Positions 12,458-21,859 of a DNA stretch of 64,000 nucleotides are shown piece by piece. Numbering within the stretch: position 1 is the first letter of the stretch; the number at the start of each line of letters is the position of its first letter. The stretch is from assembly GCA_000320545.1 (NCBI GenBank), contig ADNK01001960.1, positions 1 to 64,000 on the forward strand. Reading direction: 5' to 3'. The DNA comes from Bigelowiella natans CCMP2755. Its lineage: Eukaryota; Protista; Cercozoa. A program made the position numbers and the translations under genes. Below the pieces are notes generated by a model. The model saw only the letters and a program-made list of their open reading frames with translations, did no database searches and was not told where the DNA came from.

Positions 12458-13123
12458 CGTCTAGTTCACGTTTTGTCCTAGCATTGTTTGAACGAAGGAG
12501 CACCTCGTAGTCGTCGTGAGTGTGGTGAAAGCGCCGGATCTTCTCCCGTATCTTGCTCACCGGATTCCACCGCACCTTTTCCAACGCATCTGGGTCAACG
12601 TCAAAAAGGATGACACTGCTCGCATCCCGTCGATTGGGAGGAATGGCGCAGTAGCCAGCCAAGCAGGGTGGTTGCCGTTTCAGTTGTTTTTTCGGGAAAA
12701 AGAAGAAAAAATGCGGTTCATTGTGACAACGCCCTCATCGTCGTGCAAAGTGATGAAGGAGATGCTGTTTCGGGTTTTGTGGTGAGGTGCACCACTTGTT
12801 CCACTTCTCGATTCACGAAGAAGAAGGGGTTGCGAACGCAATCAACCCCGACGAACACATCGCCCTGGTCATGCACAACAGTTTGCATCACCTTGCAATG
12901 CATGCACGTGTGTGCACGTGCACACACACATCGTGTGACAATGCAATGTGCACACCTTTCCGTGCATTGAAACACGCGTTGCGGATGAAGGCGAAGAAGA
13001 AACAGAAAAATCACCTTTCAATGCAACCAGTTCCTTGTGCACAGTGTCGAGCTCAGGTTGTTCAATGTTCAGGAAACACGTGGGCGTCTGTCTCTGCGGT
13101 GGTCGAGGCAATGAAGTCTTCAT
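9450..13123 (-). pseudogene. Multi-exon host-like gene of unknown function inside the hypermutated domain
   Basis: Coding-like blocks (MKTSLPRPPQRQTPTCFLNIEQPELDTVHKELVALK; DQGDVFVGVDCVRNPFFFVNREVEQV; VILFDVDPDALEKVRWNPVSKIREKIRRF; AELMQDKRKMLKDPHSTGRLPHF; SLWFFIEKAFASLCMQRALF) alternate with (CA)n/(CT)n-bearing intron-like segments, as in neighbouring host genes. No family recognised and the 3' end is uncertain. Confidence 0.5.
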
Positions 13124-13156
13124 TCGCGTGGGGATGACGGGATGAGAAGGGGTTTG

Positions 13157-13848
13157 TCAAAAGTCTGGTTCGTCGTCATCGTCAGACGCTCCTGGAATCA
13201 TTTGTTCTTTTGTGACTGATGGGATGTGCACGCCCACCCATTTGTCACTTTTCGCATGGGTGGCAGAGGTCAGGAGCAAGTCACCTGGTGCCGTTGTTGC
13301 GAAATTGTGTGTCACGTTCCCGGTGAAGTGGCGATCGATGTGACGCAACGTGTCTTTTGTGTCGCCGGCCTGTTGCCCTTTTCTCCCGAATTTGCCCAAG
13401 TCCTTTGCAATTTTTGGAGGTTTGCAAGTTGCTCTGACCTCCACCGTGCTGTGAAGTGGCTCCATCACAAATTGGCACTTGATCAGTGGTGTTTTTTGCC
13501 ACATCAACCACGTCCCCCCGCTTCCTTTCAAGTTGAAAGGCTGGGGACCATTGTTCAACACTTTTTCAAGGTCATCCAAAGAGAACGCGAGTCCATCATC
13601 GCGTTGTTCAATTCCTCCTTTGAGGATTTGAGGGGTTCAATGCTTGGTCTGGATCGTTTGTGAGGGTGCTCGGAAGACTTTGGCTGCTTTCTTTTTTTCA
13701 GATCAACATCCAAACGTGTTGCTTTGTTCCTCACTTGGACGCTCGCAAACTTTCCATTGAACGAGTTGGTGCTGATCCATTTCCAAGGAGTTGGGCAATT
13801 CTCCGGAACCATGGCAATCCCCTTTCGAAGCATTTCTGTGTTTTCCAC
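13157..13848 (-). pseudogene. Frameshifted ORF divergent from the transposase; candidate second gene of the element
   Basis: Two overlapping ORFs (13555-13848 and 13157-13579) in different frames, without microsatellite introns, Tyr-free, ending in an acidic tail (DDDDEPDF). PIF/Harbinger elements typically carry a second ORF, but no domain is recognised. Confidence 0.4.
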
Positions 13849-14031
13849 AGTCCACTTCGTTCTGCGGGGGTTGGTTCAGGTCCAGTTTGTTCAGGTCGGA
13901 GGCTTGGAGTCAAGGTTGGAGAGGTTGGAGAGATGCAAACACCTGAGAGCTGAGCGCGTTTGAGTTTTGCGCACTTGCCTGATCGATTGCGTGGTTGTTG
14001 ACACCACCCACGTGCATTCGGAGGGAAGGTG

Positions 14032-14124
14032 TTTCGCTCAACTTTTCCGCGCCCACTTGTTTCGCTCAACGTTTCCGCGCCGCGCCCACTTCTTTCGCTC
14101 AACGTTTCCGCGCCGCGCCCACTT
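14032..14124. repeat. 3 tandem copies of a ~28-33-bp GC-rich motif between the divergent element ORFs
   Basis: tttcgctcaac(t/g)tttccgcg(ccgcg)cccactt at 14032, 14060 and 14093. Confidence 0.85.
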
Positions 14125-14593
14125 CCCACGTTCTGAACCTGCAATCTCAAAACGTCAGTGTTTTGACACTCTGTGCAATTTCAAGGAAAAAAATGACAAC
14201 AACAAAAACAATGAACTGCAACAAAAATGACAATGAAAACACAAGTGACAAACAAAACAAAAAAATGAACAAGAATGACCACTCATTTTTCCCCCAAAAA
14301 AGTGAGTTTCCGAGCGCACAAAAGTGAAAACTTGTGAACGCGTTCTTTGTGTTCTTTCCTTCTGCTTTCAACAGCCGTCTTCTTGCTGCATGAACCTTTT
14401 TGTTCAAGTGTTTTGCCGATGTTGTCTGCTGTTGATGCAGTGGAAGGTGACATCGGGCAAACTTGTGGGTGGAAAGCACTTTTGAACGAGAAGACGGGCG
14501 AAAACCTGAAAATCGAACGCGTTCAGAACGCGTCCATGAACGCGTTCTGAACGTGTTTTTTTCCGAAATGAACAGGTCATTTTTGATTTTGAA

Positions 14594-16039
14594 ATGAGAC
14601 TTCAATGCAGCATTTCAAGCATTCCTTTTGAAACTTTCAAAAAATCGTTTTTGGCGCCTTTGCACTTTGCTCATTTTTTTGGGTGCTTTCAGTGTGGACA
14701 TCTTCAACGCGTCATTTCGTGTGGCTGGAAAACATTGCAACGGGGCACGGTCGCGCAGCTGTGCGCCCATTGCAACGGAGGTCGGTCACGTGGTTGCCAA
14801 ACACAAGGCCACACCAGAATGGTCTGTGCCGACGACTGCAGAGACACTTCCATGGTGACGTTCAAGCGTCACTTCTTCAGACACAGACACAGTGCATTCA
14901 AGGCAATCACGGGGTTGACAATGGATGAGTTCTTGCACTTGCATTTTTGGCATGCAAAGCCGAACGGGATGGGCATCAAACATTGCGTGTTGACTCAACA
15001 CTTTGCATGGAGATGTCCGACGACTGAAGAAGGAGCTGCTGTGTGGCGACATTGCAGACAAACGTGCGCTGACAAAGCTCTTTCAGGGACAGGTGCACTC
15101 GGCACAGTGGTGAGACACAATGAGACAAAGAAAGAAAACAGGTTCAAAGACAGGATCATTCTCCACGGTCCTGCGTCACGCTGCAGCACGATGACTGACT
15201 GCGCCGATTTTTGTGTGACCAAACCTGCAACCAAAGAGGAGCAAAAAAGGCACTGGACGTTCAAGCGAAGGTCTTTCGCTTGCAGGTGTGGAACAGCAGT
15301 CAGTGTCACGACTGGAGACTTGTGTTGGGTGTCTGAAGGTGATCCAGCTGGATCAAAGGGAGGTTTGACGATCACCCGAAGAGATGGATCATTGGAGGGC
15401 ACAAAACTTTTCGAACGAATGGGAGCGGATGGAGCTCACCTTTGCAAAAAAGACCCAGAAGTGATGTGCCCACACAGAAAAAAGAGGAACCAGTCTCTCA
15501 CCCAAGCCCAACGACAATGGAACACGGAACTCAGCAGACACAGATCAATGGTGGAAAACGTGTTCAGTCGCGTTGAACAATTCAACAGCATGCGGAAGTG
15601 GAGACACAAGAGAGAAATGCACCCAGCTCTTGCTCATTGCGTGTTTGGAGTCGTGCAAATCAAAAACAGATTCAGACCAGTGCGCAACGTGGACAGGAGT
15701 TCAATCGACAACACAACATCGTGGGCCCAAGCAGAAGCCAATGGTGCACCAACAATCCCTGGCAATCAAGCAGCAGCGCGCAGAAACAGGGCCAAGAGAA
15801 AGGCTGCTGCAATGGCCAACGAGGACACAGACAGTGACTCTGATGCACCACCTGCTCCAGCTCCAGCTGCTTTTGACGTCAACATTGCGGACGGCTCAGC
15901 TTTGGAAACGAGAAACAGAGAACACACGAGAGAAGTGTTGAGAGAACACAAAGATGGTGAGAGGAGAGACAGATTGATGAGAAGGAAAATGCGTGCACAG
16001 GGAAGACACGACAGGACTGACCCTGACAATGAACAATGA
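14594..16039 (+). mobile_element. PIF/Harbinger(ISL2EU)-like DDE transposase (DDE_Tnp_4-type), hypermutated
   Basis: Motifs TDCADF, TGDLCWVSEGDPAGS, GADGAH (family ADxGY/AY), PHRKKRNQSLTQAQRQWNTELSRHRSMVENVFSRVEQF (family P..K....LT..Q...N..LS..R..VE..F...K.F) and N-terminal FKAITGLTMDEF. There is no Tyr in 481 aa. The true start is probably near 14819. TIRs were not identified. Confidence 0.8.
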
Positions 16040-17454
16040 CGTGCTGAAACACAACAATGCACAATGCAATGAACGGTGGAATGATTCGAAACTTGTCGCT
16101 TGCTTGCTCAGCTTTGCCGTCCCAATTCCACCATCGTGATGACGAGAAATCACGTACAACACTGCAATTGAAGTGTCACCATGTCACCGCACAGCAGGGC
16201 AACGCGCTCGATTTGCAATGAACAAACATTGTGTTCAATCCGACACGTCTGCAACCATGTCGTGCACGTGCGTGAGCCAAACCTGCTAGCTGTGATGCAC
16301 TGCAGTGCACGCAGACGCGCGCGCGCCCGTCTACCCGTCTAGCCGTTGGAAAAGGATTGGCCGTCAGATCGGTGACGGCCGTCACAACTCGTGCTTCAAT
16401 TGACATCCAATGGGCCCAATGCCGACTGACCGATTGCGCACGCACTTTGCCCCCTTCCTGCTCGATCAATTGTGAGCGTTGCGAATGGCACACGCCAGCA
16501 CGCAACGCAAGCGCACAAAACGCAGCAAAGCACTCGATGTCATCAGAGGCGAAAAGAAAGTGGCACCAATGTGAGGCACGTAGAAGCCACTTTGTGTCAA
16601 AACAAAAATGCGAGATGGCTGGCCAGGTGCGCTGTCGTGAGGTGCCAATGCGGTGAAATGAGCACGTGCATGCTTCCCGCGCCCATCAAACCGACATGCA
16701 ATGATCAAAGGTCAACATCAACGACACATTGCGCGCTTTTGGCGCTGGAACGCGTGATTTAACAATGCCCATTGCGCGGCCATTTGCAGCCGGCTTTTCA
16801 CACGCACTCATCTAGCAATCTAGCCATTCGTGCGCTGTGATTTGCATCGTGCAAATCCATCGAGTCCATGCGCTGCAATGCATCTAGACTCGATGCCCTG
16901 TGCCAAGCGTCATGCACATGGATGACCCCTTGCTCACTACTCAATGCCCTACATGCTGTGCTGCGAGCTGTGGAGCTAGGTTGACACATGTGCGTAATGA
17001 CGATGATGATCGATGCTGATCAATGCATGCTGTGATTTTTCAACTTGACAGCTCATGCATGCGTCTAGATGTCTAACACACCATGGGCGATTTCGTTGGT
17101 GGTGGGAAATTATCGGCTTGCCACGTAAATGTGCTCATCATCGAGCCGTGTCTGCTTTGACCAGTAGCTAACAAAATCCTTACTCATTCTTTTTGAGCTT
17201 TTCACTCCTGTAAAGTGACCACCCCTCCGGAGGTACAAAGCCATTGACAGGTATCAGATCCTTAGCACCAACCCACGGCTCAAAGTCGGTTTTCCCTGGA
17301 TACCAGTCCTACGATACAGGAAAAGACAGAAACGATGCAATATCATTATACGAACGTTAGAATCATCGCGTAGCAGCAACAAATCGCTTATTTAAAAAAT
17401 CGAGAGTACAATAGTGCAGTATCTTCCTCAGATTATTCAATGACAACGAAGTTA

Positions 17455-19368
17455 TCAAGTAATAATCATTACCGTCACGTCTTTCATCGTGCAGAATAGG
17501 ATGTCCCAGATGCAGAAGACAAACCCGAAGTTGGTGTGCGGCTTGTAGTGATGAATATCGTGTGGAGCACCCCCACCCCCTGTTGAAAATGGCAGCCACA
17601 CATATGGCGACCACCAAACGTCGTGGCCAGAGTGTTCATCAACCAGAAGCAGCGTCCAGAGACATACGAACACCCAGAAAGTCAGGGGGTGTGGATGCAA
17701 GAACACTACCGGACATGTGACCTGCGTCACAACTGCTGCCTAAGAAAGAAAGAGAGAAGATCGTGCAGAAGCGCAGAATAATGAGCAATCCTCGATAATC
17801 GCAATTATGAGTTCTTTTCGCCATTGGCTTCGCATTTCTCCAAAAATTAAACTCGTGGATATCAACTCGGTGACCAACGACGTCACTACAACAGTAACAA
17901 CTACTACTACTACTGCTACTGCTGCTGCTATATTACCAAGTCCTCTAGCGGATGTACCCAACCCCCAGCCCAGGAGAACACCTTCTTATACTCGTGGTGT
18001 ACGCTGTGGATATGGTCACGAAGAACTGGAAACTGCAAGCCCAAGAGCAAATATTGGAAAAAATTGTTGTCAATGAAATGGAGCAGTAGTGGCTACGATC
18101 TAATTATACTTTCGAAAGTCGCCAAAATAGTAGGGGGAAAGTTCGCGGTAAAATGGTTGCACTCGCCATGCGGGATAAAGGAAAATGCTATCATTAGTGT
18201 GGTCCAATTAAAAATTGATTAAATATAGTGGAAAGAAGAAAAACAGAGAATATAGAAGTGGGATGATCCTTTTGGATCCTTTTCGTACGTGATGCATGGT
18301 TCTGTGTTCAAAGTAGATGTAGTAGTCCCCGACAATTAACATAATCGTAAGATCCCGTGCAAATTCGAACAATGATGGAGCACGCTAAGTTTAAACACAC
18401 AGGAAGAACACGAGTAATCTTCGATGAGCCACTATTTTTCAATCAGCAGACCTAAAAGAAAATCCTGATCTGACTGCGACCAATACCCCCCACTTCTAAA
18501 TAACACGCATCTCCGAACTACCTGTGGTAAATCGACTCTGTAGTCAAACATGATCCATGAAATCCAATTGACGACTATATAGATGATAACTTGCGGCAAG
18601 CCTGCTACAGTCCTTTTCAAATTCACCATGTAAAATAATAAGAAATGACACTGCAACTGCGATAATATATTCGAGCGGGGTGTGGTGGTACATGTCATAG
18701 ACGCTTGGCCACCAGTCTTTCTGTATTTTGGAATCGTGCCCTGCAAAAAAGTGAGGAATTTAACGATGCTGAAAAACTACTGGCCAAATTTTCCTTGAAA
18801 GGAAGGTCTGTACTTGCAAGATCCTTGTACGAGAAGTAAAGGCAAGCTACAACGAATGTTGCACAGGCTAGCACACTGCCGAAAAGAAAGTGGCTAGCAG
18901 GTCCAGGGATCTTTTCTATCACTATGCTCCAGATTTGCTGGAGTACATTATCGGGTCGACTACGTTAAAAATAAAATATCTGTCATGAATGGTCACAGTT
19001 TTGGTAGATTGAAACCTCCTACCGATCTCTGTCTTCATAGTTTATTGGATTGAGAAGGAAGAGGGCAAGTGTGAGAGATCCAACCAACGCAATCTGTAGA
19101 TGATACGATCTTCGTACCCGCCTAATCCACGTGGGGCTAACTACCAGTCCCAGGAAGAAATAATGCGATTCCTCGCCTTTACCATGTTGGCAAGACGACT
19201 CCGAGCCCCTCTGGAACTTATTGTGTGACAGTGTGAAGGCGGTGTGCCTCTTTGGATCACAGGTTGCCTGGTTCTTCGCCATAGTCCCTCGTGACTCGGA
19301 TAGAGGGGGTTGTCGGGGAGGTCGGACAATAAAGGGACAATAATCGTGATCCTGTTACCGTGCGACAT
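17455..19368 (-). CDS. Sterol desaturase / fatty-acid hydroxylase family protein (ERG25/SMO-like), multi-exon
   Basis: His boxes in order: YIYFEHRTMHH (~18290-18325), HIHSVHHEY (~17985-18015), DEHSG and HDIHH followed by NFGFVFCIWDILFCT (~17490-17640), with hydrophobic upstream exons. Confidence 0.8.
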
Positions 19369-19613
19369 GGAATATTCCGTGTCGTTTATTTGAGATTCAT
19401 GTCATTAATTAATCTCGATTTTATTTTGCGCAAACGACCACCATTTTTTAAAAGCTACATTCTATTCCTCCCTTGCGTCAGGTTTTTGGTCATGACGCAG
19501 CCTTTAAATTGCATGGATTTGACTTCGAAAGAGAAAGTCGGTTAAAACCTCGATAAGAAAGAGACGGAAACCTGCTCGACGTGAAAGGTTCGGCTCCCAT
19601 TCCTTCTTCAAAG

Positions 19614-21856
19614 ATGCGAAACAGAGGGGGGCGCAAGAACAATAGAAACAAAGGGAAAAAAAAGAAAAAGGACGACTGTAGAAACTGGACAAATGATGGA
19701 AAATGTACGATTTTTGCTTCGCTCTGTTTGTTTGCTGCTCCTCGAATTTAATTTATCATCCAAATGGATCTCGGGACGCTCATAGTTAATTTATGATACG
19801 CCAGGTAAATTTGGGAGTAATTGCAGATTTAGGCACGACCCTAACAAGAGGGGAAGATCGCAGGCACAAGGAGGAGGGTTGGCAAGACCGCAGCAGGGAC
19901 GACCACTGTGTACATTCTTTGCACGTGGACACTGTACGTTCAGTTTCTTGCCTGAAACAGATCCTCAATCTATCTTCTTGCACCGTACATGTGAATAATG
20001 AAAGCCCTCGTCTCATTTATCAATAAAACGTCAGGTAAATATGGGAACAGGTGTAGGAATTCTCACAACAGCGGTAGTAGTGGAGGTGGTTCTATGATGG
20101 ACAATGGGTTCAACAACAATTCCAACGGTTTCGGCAATTCGAACTCCCAATTTTTCGGTAAGTGCATCGTGTTCTTCGATAATCAATGCGCCTTTATCTG
20201 GAGAAGCATCGAAGCGACCAATAACATTTGTTATCAAATTTTGATTTAACAGGAAATATGCAGCAGCCGGGGTCAGGCGGTTGGGGTCAAGACAATTCGA
20301 ACTCCCAATCTTTCGGTAAGTATATCGTATTTTTCAATGGAGAAGCATCGAAGCGACCAATAACATTTGTTATCAAATTTTGATTTAACAGGAAATATGC
20401 AGCAGCCGGGGTCAGGCGGTTGGGGTCAAGACAATTCGAACTCCCAATCTTTCGGTAAGTATATCGTATTTTTCAATGGAGAAGCATCGAAGCGACCAAT
20501 AACATTTGTTATCAAATTTTGATTTAACAGGAAATATGCAGCAGCCGGGGTCAGGCGGTTGGGGTCAAGACAATTCGAACTCCCAATCTTTCGGTAAGTA
20601 TATCGTATTTTTCAATGGAGAAGCATCGAAGCGACCAATAACATTTGTTATCAAATTTTGATTTAACAGGAAATATGCAGCAGCCGGGGTCAGGCGGTTG
20701 GGGTCAAGACAATTCGAACTCCCAATCTTTCGGTAAGTACATCGCATTTTTCAATAATCAATGCGCCTTTATCTGGAGAAGCATCGAAGCGACCAATAAC
20801 ATTTGTTATCAAATTTTGATTTAACAGGAAATATGCAGCAGCCGGGGTCAGGCGGTTGGGGTCAAGACAATTCGAACTCCCAATCTTTCGGTAAGTATAT
20901 CGTATTTTTCAATGGAGAAGCATCGAAGCGACCAATAACATTTGTTATCAAATTTTGATTTAACAGGAAATATGCAGCAGCCGGGGTCAGGCGGTTGGGG
21001 TCAAGACAATTCGAACTCCCAATCTTTCGGTAAGTACATCGCATTTTTCAATAATCAATGCGCCTTTATCTGGAGAAGCATCGAAGCGACCAATAACATT
21101 TGTTATCAAATTTTGATTTAACAGGAAATATGCAGCAGCCGGGGTCAGGCGGTTGGGGTCAAGACAATTCGAACTCCCAATCTTTCGGTAAGTACATCGC
21201 ATTTTTCCAAACAGTTGTAACATTTCATCTAGCAAGCTCAAGTGATTGAGATAGTATGTGTAAGAGTTTCGGGTTATTCAATAGATTACTGCTACACATA
21301 GAAACAGTACTTTTGTATTAGGAGAGATAACATCGGAGCGACCAATTATATGATGAAATTTTGATTTACAGGAAATATGCAGCAGCCGAGTTCGGATTCG
21401 GGTCAAGACAATTTGAGCTCTCAGCCTTCTTACGCTCAGTCTTCTCTCGGTAGTCGTATTCCATCGTATTTTTAAATAAGCAATGCTCTAGTATCTTGAG
21501 CAACTACTAAGCAACCGATGATATAATGAAATTTTGCTGCACGAAATGTGCAGCACCTGGGTTTGGGTCAAGACAATTCGAACTCTCAATATATGGGTAG
21601 CCATGCTGCCTCGTATTTTCCAATTCTCTGTACCAATTAGGGGCAGTGCGCTGCAACTGAAGAAAGATCAAAGCAACTGAAAAAAATTATACGATACACA
21701 GGGCACGATTCTTCGGGTCAGGTTCAACAGGACAGCAAGTGTTCTATGTTTAGGAAGGTGGAAGAGGATGAAAAAATAGCGGAAATTCGAAGGCAGGCAT
21801 TTGCCAGTAAAAATTTCGAATTCGGTGGCGTCCCCATATTTTCCCATTTTCGATAG
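19614..21856 (+). CDS. Nup42/NUPL2(CG1)-like nucleoporin: two CCCH zinc fingers, FG-type repeats and a Gle1-binding-like C-terminus
   Basis: Splicing at GT-AG sites (~19705/19805 and ~19934/20035) gives CRNWTNDGKCKFGSNCRFRH and CTFFARGHCKYGNRCRNSH. These are followed by N/G/S-rich repeats with FG and a terminal QAFASKNFEFGGVP resembling the F.A..F.(L/F)G.(I/V)P motif of Nup42/NUPL2. Confidence 0.65.
20158..21205 (+). repeat. Tandem array of exon+intron units (139/158 bp) with 7 identical 63-bp exons
   Basis: Exons start at 20253, 20392, 20531, 20670, 20828, 20967 and 21125, each preceded by ...tttaacAG and followed by GTaagt. Introns are 76 or 95 bp. Diverged copies lie near 21372 and 21543. 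Confidence 0.95.
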
Positions 21857-21859
21857 TTC

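Larger units (their letters stand above)
6900..17090. other. TpA-depleted hypermutated domain 1 (TpA>TpG/CpA)
   Basis: Almost no TA dinucleotides over ~10 kb, with survivors nearly all in CTAG. I find no TA at all between ~12655 and ~16150. Flanking DNA has abundant TA and (TA)n tracts. The six-frame ORF track becomes abnormally dense and Tyr-free here. Confidence 0.95.

Noticed and set aside
6601-16039. Alternative genetic code or RNA editing that restores Tyr
   Set aside because: Non-coding DNA and microsatellites are altered in the same way, and neighbouring genes use TAC/TAT normally.
9000-17000. Dozens of overlapping 60-190-aa Cys/His-rich ORFs as real genes
   Set aside because: They are an expected by-product of losing TAA/TAG stops, and their Cys/His richness reflects TG/CA excess.
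6900-17090. Classical fungal RIP or 5mC deamination
   Set aside because: Those create TpA or deplete CpG. Here TpA is lost, CpG remains common, and the TPR alignment points to TA as the ancestral state.
13140-17100. Terminal inverted repeats for the Harbinger-like element
   Set aside because: No convincing inverted pair was found by eye, so the boundaries are left undefined.
20158-21205. CRISPR-like regularly spaced repeats
   Set aside because: There are no unique spacers and no cas genes. The unit is an exon plus a GT-AG intron in a eukaryotic gene.
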